A stretch of DNA of 64,000 nt from Zancudomyces culisetae HAW-14-8 (Eukaryota > Fungi > Kickxellomycota): assembly GCA_052426225.1 (NCBI GenBank), contig JBNJNM010000011.1:2480001-2544000 (forward strand). Direction: 5' to 3'. The notes under the pieces are model-generated. The model was given only the letters and a program-made list of their open reading frames with translations, was not told the DNA's origin and ran no database searches. This document shows, in pieces, positions 24,865 to 36,098 of this stretch; position 1 is the first letter of the stretch, and every line of letters begins with the position of its first letter. A program made the translations under genes and the position numbers.

Positions 24865-26925
24865 ATGTTTAATACATTTAAACATATTGGATTAAAGAGA
24901 GTACTAGGAACTAAAAGCACTAAATTCATAAATTTGTATTCCAGTGCATCAAAACTAAAAAAACAACCCAAGGCAAAAAAAATGACCAAGGAATTCGATA
25001 GAGCAGTGTTCGAATCAACACTCACCAAAAGATTCTTCTACGTGCCATCATTTTCGATATATGGTGGAGTTGCAGGATTGTACGATTACGGACCAATTGG
25101 GTCGGTGTTGCAACAAAACCTTATCAATATCTGGCGAAAGCACTTTGTGATCGAGGAAGATATGCTGGAGATGGACGGAGCAATCATAACACCATCAGAG
25201 GTGCTCAAAACATCAGGACACGTTGAAAAGTTTACTGATTATATGTGCCGAGATGTCAAAACAAACGAAGTGTTTAGAGCTGACCATCTTGTAGAGGGAA
25301 TTCTGGAAATGAGAATTGAGGAAAGCAAACTCGCAAAGCAAGCAGCATCAGGAGAGGGAGCAGGAGCAGAGAAGGCAAAGAAAGGAGGTAAAGGTAAGGT
25401 ACCAAAGGGAGCGGTGGTTCTGAGCGAAGAAGTAGAGAAGAAATATGAAGAGATATTGGCACAAATCGACAACTTCAACGGAGATCAGCTTGGTGAAATA
25501 ATCAAGGAGTACGAAATCCGAAACCCAGCAACCAACAACGAAGTTACTGAGCCAGTTGCATTCAACTTGATGTTTGATTCAAGTATTGGTCCTACTGGAA
25601 ACTTGAAGGGGTACTTGCGACCAGAAACAGCACAAGCACAATTTGTGAACTTCCAACGTTTGTACGAATTCAACAACAAAAAAATGCCTTTTGCATCAGC
25701 TATGGTTGGAAAGTCCTTCCGAAATGAAATCTCTCCACGAGCAGGGCTATTGAGAGTAAGAGAATTTACAATGGCTGAAATCGAACACTACGTAGATCCA
25801 TTGAAAAAAGATCATCCAAAGTATGAAGAAGTTAAGGAAATCCACCTAAACTTCTTGCCAGCAGAGGTACAGGAATCAGGCAGCTCAACCACTGTATCAA
25901 TGTCGATTGGAGAAGCAGTTGAAAAGAAGATAGTCAACAACCAAACACTTGGATACTTTTTGGGAAGAATTTACTTGTTCCTCGCCAAGATAGGAATTGA
26001 CGAAACTAGACTTAGATTCCGCCAGCATATGTCCAACGAAATGGCACATTATGCCACTGACTGCTGGGATGCCGAAATCAAGAGCAGCTATGGATGGGTT
26101 GAATGTGTTGGATGTGCTGACCGCTCGGCCTATGACTTGACTGCCCATTCCAGACGTACTGGTGTCAATCTCTGTGCCCAAGAAGAGCTTGAGATTCCTA
26201 TTGTCTATGATGCATTGGTATGTGTGTTCAACAAACGTCTATTTGGCCCCAAGTTCAAACAAAACGCCAAAAAGATTCAAGAAGCTCTGGAAGCTCTTCC
26301 TCAGGAGCAGCTTGCCGAAATCAAAAAGGAACTCGACTCTGCCGGAAAGTGCTCTGCCTCCCTTGGTCTCCCCGAACCTGTTGAGATTACCTCTGACCTG
26401 TTGACCATTGAAATGCAAAACTTCAAAAAATCTGTTCGTGAATATACTCCAAACGTCATTGAGCCTTCCTTTGGTATTGGTCGTATCCTCTACTCTCTTC
26501 TCGAACACTCTTACTACACTCGTCCTGATGATGCCTCCCGCACTGTCTTTGCTTTCAACCCCCAAATCTCTCCTATCAAATGTCTTGTACTTCCTCTTCT
26601 AACTGGTCCTGCATTCTCTGCTTCTCTAAACCATATCACAAAGACTCTACGCAGTGCTGGTGTAGCCGCTCGCATCGACGATGCTTCTTCTGCCTCCATT
26701 GGACGAAGATATGCCAGAAACGACGAATTGGGAATTCCATTTGCCATCACTATTGATCAGCTCACTGTTTCCGAAAACCTTGTCACTCTTAGAGAACGTG
26801 ATTCATGCCAACAGATCAGAGCAAATGTTGATACTATTATTAATATTGTCATTGATATTGTCAATGGCAAATCCAGCTGGGAAGATGTTTTGAAATCCCA
26901 CCCTACTCTATCCAGTGATAGTTAG
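24865..26925 (+). CDS. GRS1: Glycyl-tRNA synthetase (alpha2 type), probable dual mitochondrial/cytosolic start
   Basis: IYGGVAGLYDYGP, LRPETAQ, FRNEISPRAGLLRVREFTMAEIEH, PNVIEPSFGIGR, SIGRRYARNDELG. Second in-frame ATG at 24982. Confidence 0.97.
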   Translation: MFNTFKHIGLKRVLGTKSTKFINLYSSASKLKKQPKAKKMTKEFDRAVFESTLTKRFFYVPSFSIYGGVAGLYDYGPIGSVLQQNLINIWRKHFVIEEDMLEMDGAIITPSEVLKTSGHVEKFTDYMCRDVKTNEVFRADHLVEGILEMRIEESKLAKQAASGEGAGAEKAKKGGKGKVPKGAVVLSEEVEKKYEEILAQIDNFNGDQLGEIIKEYEIRNPATNNEVTEPVAFNLMFDSSIGPTGNLKGYLRPETAQAQFVNFQRLYEFNNKKMPFASAMVGKSFRNEISPRAGLLRVREFTMAEIEHYVDPLKKDHPKYEEVKEIHLNFLPAEVQESGSSTTVSMSIGEAVEKKIVNNQTLGYFLGRIYLFLAKIGIDETRLRFRQHMSNEMAHYATDCWDAEIKSSYGWVECVGCADRSAYDLTAHSRRTGVNLCAQEELEIPIVYDALVCVFNKRLFGPKFKQNAKKIQEALEALPQEQLAEIKKELDSAGKCSASLGLPEPVEITSDLLTIEMQNFKKSVREYTPNVIEPSFGIGRILYSLLEHSYYTRPDDASRTVFAFNPQISPIKCLVLPLLTGPAFSASLNHITKTLRSAGVAARIDDASSASIGRRYARNDELGIPFAITIDQLTVSENLVTLRERDSCQQIRANVDTIINIVIDIVNGKSSWEDVLKSHPTLSSDS

Positions 26926-27537
26926 TTTGCATTTTTTAAAAAGTATTTACCCTTGTTTTTTAAAAATAAATCCAATATATTCCGATTTGCTCAGCATTCT
27001 GATCAACTCTGTTTTAGTAATATTATTTTATCCAAAATAATGCTATTGTAATAGAAGTTGCTGCTTTATCGAAATACACAACTCACACACCCTCCCCTTT
27101 CCATCTTCCTCCCCTCCGCTATTCACTTTAGTTTTTTCTACTGATTGATGATTACTGACTTGACATTTAATATGCTTTTAAATAAGGGTGTCCCGATAGT
27201 GGTGCTTTAAAGCAGAGCTATCTATGTTGATCACTCTACGCCCAGAAATTATGATACGCTAGTGTAGTACCGGCATAGTTTACCCTATTCCCCTTTACAA
27301 CCTATTTTGCTTGTCAATTTTGCTTTTTATTTCAATTTCAGTTTCAAATCTTTATTTTGCGTTATCCAATTTAATCCCTTATATCTGATTTGGAAAAAAA
27401 AATCGTATACACAAAAATATTACCAACTTGCATCAAATATTTTTTTTTCACTAAAGATAATTATGTTACAAGCGATTTAAATATATTTGTATAAAAGATA
27501 GATTTGTATAAAAGATAGCCCATCCAACTTGAAGAAA

Positions 27538-29031
27538 ATGCTGAGAATTACGGGCAAAAGAATTTTTCCAGCAATAAGACACACCACGGCAATAGCCACA
27601 TTTAGTTCAAAAAAGCAGGCTGTAAAAGGTAAATTCACATTCTCCAACTGTAAATCAAAAAAATGAAATATAACAAACCTTTACAAAACCACGGGACATT
27701 CATTTACATTTATCTTCACATTTACTCTAACTATATAATTTAAAGGTGCGAAAAAAGATCTAGAAACACATTCTGAGAATTCTTCAAAAAAATCCCAAAA
27801 CCCCCAAGATACAAAAGTTGCTGGTACTAAGCCCGGTAATTTCTACAAGCGTTGGACACAGGAGGAGAAAGACGAAATGGTGCAACTTGTCAAAGCTCGA
27901 TTATCTATAGGTGAAATAGCAAAAAAGTTGGGTAGAACACCCCAGTCTATAATTTTCAAACTGTACACCGAAGATTTTGAAAAAGCAGCTAAAAACGGAC
28001 AATGGAGCAAACAAGAGGATCTAAGGCTTCTTGAACTTTCTGAGGCCGTGAATAAAAAAAATTGGGGGGCCGTTTCAAATGGGATCCCGGGTAGGAATCG
28101 ACATCAGTGCCGATCAAGATACAATTATCTATACCAGCTAAAAAAACTTTATGCGCTCGATAAGGAGAGCCAGAAAATGATTGAAAATATCCGCTATGAA
28201 GATGGATCCAGTATTAAGCACTTGTTTGATATGATTAATCTGAGCATTGCAGAGGAAGGAGCGGATGAAGGTGAAAATGCAGAATTAGAAAATGCAGCAA
28301 TGTCAAGAGAAAAAGAAGGTGAATTTAGACGATTTCGCAATTGGACGCCTGAAAGCGACAAAGAACTACTCCAACTGGTCGAAAAGCATGGCGAAAAGTG
28401 GACAAAGGTGGCAAGTTTGATGAGTGGAACACCATGTTCCACGATTGCTGTTTATTCGCGATACAAGACTTTGCAAAGGGCAATTAAAGGCAAGGTAGTA
28501 AAGATACGCAAAAAGCACAAACCCACTAGTAAATGGTCCGCTGAGGACTCGGAAAAACTAAAAAACCTTGTTACAGAGTCACTAGAAAAGGAAGAAATCT
28601 TTTCCTGGAAAAAAATCAGTGAAAAAATGGGCGATCGCACATCGTCCCAGTGTAGATATAGGTATATCAACTATCTATCACCCTTTCTTAACACAAGCGG
28701 TAAATTTACCGCGAAGGAAGACTATTTGATTTTGTCGCACGTCATGGGCCACGACAAAATAAGCTGGGTCAAAATAAGCCAGGCTTTATCGTATACTCGC
28801 TCCGAGGTCCATGTTCGCTCCCGATCTCAGAGTACAATAAACATTTATTTACTGCTTAAATCCTATGGTATAAACTTGAAACTACAAAAAAACATCACCT
28901 CATTAGATCAAATCGATACTTCTGATCCTGATTACATTTTATTTGAAAAAACAAGAGAACTATGTTTATGCCATAAATACTTTGTGCGTCCGAGTGAAGA
29001 AGCCCTCAAAAAACTTTTCATTTCTCATTAG
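27538..29031 (+). CDS. Myb/SANT-repeat protein (5 repeats, 458 aa) with a putative mitochondrial presequence
   Basis: Exon 27538..27628 (MLRITGKRIFPAIRHTTAIATFSSKK) splices in frame to 27746..29031. Repeats start RWTQEEKD, QWSKQEDL, NWTPESDK, KWSAEDSE, KFTAKEDY; helices RNRHQCRSRY and RTSSQCRYRY. Confidence 0.85.
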
Positions 29032-29042
29032 CAATCTTTCAC

Positions 29043-30344
29043 TTAGTTTGGTCTTTTTTTCTTTTGGAATGATGCCTTTAGACGCTTATATATATCTGGC
29101 ATGGCGTTGTTTGCTTTTCCTTCTGGTTGCTCACGGAGAGAAATGGATCCCTTTGGCATTACAGTATAATTTTTAATGTTTTTGCTTGGAATAATCGCTC
29201 GCCGAGTCTGTCCGCTCTCCGAATTACCTGTCTGCACCTGTATACTTCCCAAAAATCCTTCCTGCCGGTCCTCAGCACTGCTTCTTCTTCTGACACCACC
29301 TCCATCAGCATTCATAATTGCAACCTTATCCCTAAAGCTGCTGCTTCGTTTTAGCAGTGGTCGTGCCCATTTCTGAACAAGCCCCATCGCCTGCCGCTTA
29401 ATCCTATCGGGGTATCTGTCGCATTTGCTCATAAATAAAATTATTTTTCCAATCCCACTATCGCGCAGGTGCTCTGTTCGTACAGGCATCCTACTTATTA
29501 CGCCCAACATCTCTTGTTGAAGATCAAGACCCGGAAGCGCTCCATCATCAAGCGGTTCCAACCACAATCGAATTGTGTCCAAAATGTTGTTTTCTAACAT
29601 TACCTCATGCAAATGCGACTTTCCCAGCTCTCTACTCACCTCTACTAACATTCCCACCTTGTGCATTGCTGCAGCGCCCTCCTTATTGGCTTCGAAATCC
29701 TCCATTGCCGCCCGTCGCATCTTCTCCTGCAACTTAACTATCTCCTCATCTACTCCCGCATCCAACTCATCTCGCTTTCGCCGCCGGGATGTCTTTCCGC
29801 TTTTCAAGGCCATGTCAATTTCTTTATTTATTGCTATTATTTCTAGTTGTTTGGGATCAGTTATTTCCTGGGGTTCCCCTCTTTCTCCCTCTTCATCTTC
29901 CTCATCTCTTCTTCTCTTACGACGCTTTTTCGATCTACGCTCATCTTCATGTTCCTGTGGATATGCATTATCTCCCTCCTCCTCCTCCTCTTCCCCTTCC
30001 TTATATTCTTTTTCTCTCTGTTCTTGTTCTTGTTCTCGTTCTCGTTCGTGCTGCCGCTCTTGAGCCAATTCTTCGTGTTGAGATTCCCCTCCTTCGCTCT
30101 CTCGGCTTTTCCTTCGCTCTAGCTTTCTTTTGAGTTTAAACTTTGGCATGCTTTTGATGGCTTTAGTTTGTTCATCTTCAGATTCTTCGCCTTCTTCGTT
30201 TTCTCCACCTTTCTCTTCTGCTCCCCCTTCATTTCGATCTACTATTTCATTTTCATTTTCATTGTTACTATGCATTTCATTATTGAGTTCGCCTTCGTTT
30301 TCGTAATAAAATTCTCCTTCTTTTCCAGATTCATGGTCTGACAT
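29043..30344 (-). CDS. IWS1: Transcription elongation factor IWS1/Spn1
   Basis: Acidic N-terminus followed by a TFIIS-N-like core: WLEPLDDGALP, HLRDSGIGKIILF, LVQKWARPLL. Confidence 0.93.
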   Translation of the reverse strand: MSDHESGKEGEFYYENEGELNNEMHSNNENENEIVDRNEGGAEEKGGENEEGEESEDEQTKAIKSMPKFKLKRKLERRKSRESEGGESQHEELAQERQHEREREQEQEQREKEYKEGEEEEEEGDNAYPQEHEDERRSKKRRKRRRDEEDEEGERGEPQEITDPKQLEIIAINKEIDMALKSGKTSRRRKRDELDAGVDEEIVKLQEKMRRAAMEDFEANKEGAAAMHKVGMLVEVSRELGKSHLHEVMLENNILDTIRLWLEPLDDGALPGLDLQQEMLGVISRMPVRTEHLRDSGIGKIILFMSKCDRYPDRIKRQAMGLVQKWARPLLKRSSSFRDKVAIMNADGGGVRRRSSAEDRQEGFLGSIQVQTGNSESGQTRRAIIPSKNIKNYTVMPKGSISLREQPEGKANNAMPDIYKRLKASFQKKKRPN

Positions 30345-30709
30345 TGTACTTTTCCAGGGTATGTTTTCAATGATTAATTAATGCTATTCTTTTACTATCT
30401 TTGAATCCCATATACTTTGTCTTAACTCCTGGTTTGTATATGACTCTTCTACTCTATTCTCTTGTTTTAGGTTTATTATCTTTTATTCGTGTACAGAAAA
30501 AAAGATAATTGTAGCGCTAACAGTTCAATTATTTTTATTATAGCAGAGCCTATGAGCAATTTCATTTTTCTCTTTTTTTATATTTTATTTTTTACTTTTT
30601 ACGTTTTGCAGTTCGTGCCAATTATTAGCACTTTGATTTTTAGAGCGAAAATTTTTTTGATAAATTAATGAGCAAAGAGTATTCAAAACACGAAACCAAA
30701 CCAAGTTCC

Positions 30710-31330
30710 ACAAACCCTAAAACACTGATCCATATTCGTTCCAACTCATTTCCCAGCTGACTCTTCAGCAGCGTGTAAACAGTACCGACTACAATAGTCA
30801 AGATAACACACTTTCAACAAAGAAAGATGGTGCTAGGAGGATATGTTGGATGGTATTATTTTGATTGATGAAATGAAGCTTATTCAGGTAATAAAAAGCT
30901 CTTGAAGAAAAAGTCAATCTATTAAACTAAACCCATCCTATCCCCCTTCGACCCTCTAGAGTCTCTGTATCTGAGAGACGCTAGTTCAAGGAGGTTTCGT
31001 TAAGAAACCTGACTGTGGAAACCACTGCTCTAACGCAAGTGGTGTTTGGATCCTGAAGAATTCCAGAAAGTTTGAGTCTGAACTCCTCCCCTAGGAGTTT
31101 ACCTTCGATTTTCCCGCGAAGCTCACCAAGCTCGGAAATCATACATTTCCTAACAATAATCCAGCCATCTTTCTATACATTTATTCTATGTGGAGATTTG
31201 GCGTAGCTGTATTTTAATGTGCTGTAACAGCACAAGAAAACACAACTGTACGAGCGAGGTTGTGTATTCCCCATATGTACTGTCTTTCTCTCATACACCT
31301 TCCACTTTACTGGGATGGAAAGAGCCAATG
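30710..31330 (+). ncRNA. Candidate structured non-coding RNA, family unidentified
   Basis: At least nine stems by eye, including a perfect 10-bp long-range stem 30821-30830/31165-31174. No ORF of 60 aa or more. G-U pairs mostly favour the + strand. Confidence 0.4.
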
Positions 31331-31654
31331 TTGTTATGCTGAGCCCTTCTAGTGCTAACGCAATTTACTCGTTATATAGCAGCTCACACGTATATTCTGC
31401 AACAACCAACACACTGCCTTCACAAAAACCATGTCTACTATGACCGCGTTGCTCCTGTTACAGTTTGAACAAAACTTCTCAAAAAATTTATTAGTAAAAG
31501 ATAGCTACATTACCGAATTAAATCGATATACTATATATTTGCCTTAATCAACGGGAAAGAAAAAAATGTAAACAATTCCCAAACCATTGAGTTGAAGAAA
31601 AATTAGAGAAAATAAGACCAAATTTAAGCCTAGATACAATTATTTGGCAGCTGT

Positions 31655-32221
31655 TTAAGATCTCTTCTTGGTTCCAAGAGCGGTAACGTTTACAAAACGA
31701 CGGTTGTACTTCTCGCGTTTCATGGCACGTCCTAAACAAGTTTACAATGATACATCGTTAGTGCTTTGTATAATTATGCTCGTTATGTATAAATACAAGC
31801 CGAATACAAAGAACACACAGGGAAAAGGCAAAGCTTCTCGTATAAACACAGAGGAAACCCCTAAGTATCAAAAAATGACAATCAAAAACATACCTTTTAC
31901 TCTCTTTGGCTTGTCGGTCTTTTGTACTTTTGGTGCTTGTGATCTCACTTTACCAGCACGAGCTAATGATCCGTGTACTTTACCCTATTAATCATTTAGA
32001 GATTCGCAATTTATTCAGGTTCAAATCAGAACAATAAATGCGACACACAAAAAGGGATTCAATTTTCATTTAGCATTCCGCATTGATTCGCAGTGTGTTT
32101 TTTCTGACAAAGCCAACGCTTCAAACCAAATAACCTTAAATCCGCTGTAGCACATTCGGTCGTAGACCTAATATCACATAAAAGACAATATAGCAGCATA
32201 GTGACGCAGTAAACTTACCAT
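31655..32221 (-). CDS. RPS30: 40S ribosomal protein S30 (eS30), 56 aa, 3 exons; not in the ORF track
   Basis: Exons 32219..32221 (ATG), 31894..31984 and 31655..31731 give [56 protein letters not shown]. Confidence 0.96.
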
Positions 32222-34238
32222 TTTTATATATTCTTTCGCACCTTTTTTTCAAAAATATAGGTATCTATTTAATAGAGCGTAAAGAGCTATTTAGATTCAA
32301 TATTATTTTATCTTCAAAAAAAAATCGCTTGTTTCAATTTTCCTTTACTGTTACAAAGTGGTTACTAAACGTCAATAAAATTAATTATGATTGATTGGTT
32401 GACTTTCCCTTGGAAATAAATAATAGGCAAAATTAAATTGTGCTGCATTTTTTTATTCGCTGAAGTTAATAGCAATAAAAAAACATGTATTCTGCGTGCT
32501 AAAGTTCTTAACTATATTCTCATTTCACGTAATTTCACAAACTTTTTCTAGAAGAAATTATCACCACAATTAGGAGGAACAAGTCATGAGCGAGAATGCT
32601 GTTTAGTCACATTTTACTAATATATCGGGATTCTAGGTAATGTTTAAAGGTATTAGAAAATTGTTATTGTATGGTGCGTAATGGAGGGTCGTATACATGA
32701 TTTTGAAAAAGAGTCTGCTGTGCGTTTTTCCTAACAAAGAAACAGATAGTGATAATGAATACAAAAAATATTCTGGTATACAGTAGTTTTTCATCAAGAT
32801 GTATGATATGCTTGTCTATGACCTTATTTCGGCACAATAAATAGTGTGATGGCTGCTTAAGCATAACTGGGATTATATGGCCAGATACATATATCCAAAA
32901 AGTGCTAATAAACTATATTACTTTTTTTTCATGTTTCAGATTATTAAGAATTCAGATAGTGTCCATAAATACGTTGAATTGGTAGTTATAAACAAGAAGG
33001 CAAAAATGTTTTTATTATCCCCCTCCTCCTTCCACACTGAGACTCTTAATGCCTCAAACCGAAAAGAGCACTACAATAAAATCTATTTTTATTCATACAC
33101 TCCAAGACTCCACTTCAAATTCAAATCCTGTCTTTACCACAGTATGAAGGACCCTGAGAAAGCAGTTTATTGTTTTAATTTTAAAAATATATATTTTTCT
33201 CCAGGGAGGGAGGGGGAGAGTAAACGGACCCTACATTCTTTTAAACATCAGTTGGGGGGGAAGGTTGGCATATTAACTGCAAATGTATTTTAGGCAAAGA
33301 TGATTTTGCCAAGAAATTTGTAGTTTTCCTCCCCCAAAAATAGATGTTTTCTTGTGGGAATGGTATATGTATTTGTTCTTGTTCGCCCTCAAAAGAGCCA
33401 ATATCCTCAGGATAGATTAAAAATGAGATCCAAGGTAGTGCAAATACCGCCTAAAACGAAGGGTGGGTGGGGTAGGGATACCCAGCATGAGTTAAGGCCG
33501 AATTGAATTGAGTAAAGTTAAATACAGAATAACAGAACGGGTTGATTGGTGCGGCTCGCAAAGCGATGAAAGGGTTAATGCACATAAACTGAAGTTGATA
33601 GACAAAACTGCTTTAAAATGTCAGAAATGGCAGATGCCAGCAGCCCAAACAAATACAAAGCACAGAATAAATAGTATATGTAGGTGAATGAGTGGATAGG
33701 CATAAGCAGGTGGTGTAGGATTTAAAATTTGATTGCTAAAAGAGAGGTAATACCAGCTGATAGTGTGACCTGTTGAGTTCTTTTTTTTTTGTGCAGTTGG
33801 TTCACTAAAAGGCAGTGAAATGTAACAAATAGGAAAGCGTATCTGCTCTACCATTCTAGTCAAAAAAACATCTGCATTTTCTTTGCTGCGCGGTCATTTG
33901 ACCTTAAATACTTCTTGCTTAAAGCACATTTCTATTGTCACAAGCAGAAAAAAAAAGTTGCCTAATGACTTCAAAGGGCCAAGTTTTACAATGGCTCGGG
34001 TAGGAAAAACGCACGGCAGAAGTTTAAGGGAAAATTACGTGTTTTAATCAGGGTAATTAATGCTGTTGCAAATACATTTGAAATTAACATATCTAAAGTG
34101 TTTATATTTTCAAACGTATTATTCCACTTTATTTTCTCTAGTAGTGAGATACAAACCATAAGTTCAATTGATAGTATTTTTTTCCGATAAAACAAATTCA
34201 AAACAGACAAACAAAACAAATCGGACACAAGTTAAGAG

Positions 34239-35621
34239 ATGGACGCGTCAAATACAGCTAATGTAGCGGGAAACGCTAGAGCTAAACAGATCCAGTTCAA
34301 GCTGGTGCTTTTAGGTAATGCTCATTTCGCTCTCTGTGTATTAACTGTAATATTACAACCAAATCCTCAAAGGTATTGGGCGATTGATATGATTTAAACT
34401 AACAACCTGTGTTTTTGTACTATCCATAACTTATACTAGGCGAGTCAGCGGTAGGGAAATCAAGGTAAGCGGAAATATAAATCTTATCCGCAGCTATTTG
34501 AGACTAACAGATTAAATGATTCTAAATGATTGTAGCGTTGTAATGAGATTTGTAAAAGACCGATTCGATGAGTATAAAGAAAGTACTATTGGAGGTAATT
34601 CATCTATATCTGTATTTTTTTGTTTTTATAAAAGCGAGTGTATTTCAATATATACTTGAGGCAAGATACCCAGCTTTCGGCCTCCGTGTGTATTTTTTTA
34701 TAGCAATCTTAATAACTTGTTGATTTATATAATATAGCTGCATTTTTATCAAAAGTTTTGACACTGGAAAACGGGAGTCAAGTGAAATTTGAAATATGGG
34801 ACACAGCAGGTCAAGAAAGATACAAGGTACGTTTTACTTTGACTATTTTACGTTTATTTATTGTCTCAATGTTTAAAAACATAAATGGATAGAGTAAATC
34901 CATTAATGGTAAAAAACAACAAAATAAAAGGCTAAAATATGAAATTATGGGATAGAGTTTGGCACCAATGTACTATAGAAATGCTCAATGTGCAGTTGTG
35001 GTATACGATATCACCCTATCGGTAAGAATATAAACTTCTCAACAGCATGTGTTACCTTTATTCACAACACTGCCATTCATTATGTTTATTTGAATTTCTT
35101 ATGTGCTGGAGCAAAGTGGTATGGAAAATTAATCTATAAAGTATATTTATAGGACTCATTTGAAAGAGCAAAGAAATGGGTGGAGGAGCTTAGAAAACAG
35201 CTTGGAAATAATGTGCTGATAGCACTAGCAGGAAACAAAGTAGATATAGAACAACGCAGAGTAATATCGGTTGCAGAAGGCAAAAGTTACGCAGAAGAAA
35301 ACGGCCTGGTGTTCTATGAAACCTCGGCTAAGAGTTCGCTAAATATATCAGAATTGTTTTATGATCTAGGTAAAGTATTGATAATTTAGTTTGTACTACA
35401 GATGCGTGTATTGCAGACTCTAAGATGATGAAAAAATAAGTTGGATAGACTATTATTACTGTTTACAACGCTAATATCCTTAATTTACCGAAATAATAGC
35501 GAAAAAATTGGAATCAGCACACACAGCCAAGATAGCGAGCAACGCAGCAGCCAGTCCGAACAGTACTATTAATCTCAACCAGAGCCAGGACGGTGACAAC
35601 CAGCCTAACTGTAGCTGTTAA
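34239..35621 (+). CDS. RAB5: Rab5-family GTPase (Vps21/Ypt51/Ypt52-like), 7 exons
   Basis: Spliced product: [15 protein letters not shown]...ESTIGAAF...[22 protein letters not shown]...ALAGNKVD...ETSAK, ending in the CSC prenylation motif. Confidence 0.96.
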
Positions 35622-36098
35622 AAATGTTACAGCTTTTTTTATTCTTTATATACAAATATTATGTTTATTTTACTCTTATAATTACTTTTGCCGTTCTTTT
35701 CCCCAAACAGCTGGCTAGACATGAAAAAAATGGATCTAATTTGATTCCATCTGTGATACAAATATATACAAATCGCTTATGACATTTACACATGTGTATT
35801 TTTTTATGACGAAACGTTAAAAAGAGTAGCATTTTTACCATTATTACACAACTGACACGAATTTTGGTGTTGGTGTTGAGGTTGAGGTTGAGGCTGAGGC
35901 TGAGGCTGAGGTTGAGAATCTCCATTCCGTCTCAAAATACAGCTGTACATTTGTTGATATAGATTCATCGTTGTTATGAGACCAAAACAAAGGATCTACT
36001 CGAATAGTAAATAGAACGCTGAAATAAAAATAATAAAAAACAGCTTATTAAAAGGGAAAAATTAAATAGTCGATATGTAATAAAGAGGAACAAGTATA

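Noticed and set aside
31391-31440. ATATTCTG and AAACCAT resembling the snR30/U17 m1 and m2 motifs
   Set aside because: m1 is imperfect, there is no enclosing hairpin, and no ACA box at the expected distance.
32018-32027. GGTTCAAATC B-box/T-loop-like motif in RPS30 intron 1
   Set aside because: No cloverleaf or A-box around it, so not a tRNA.
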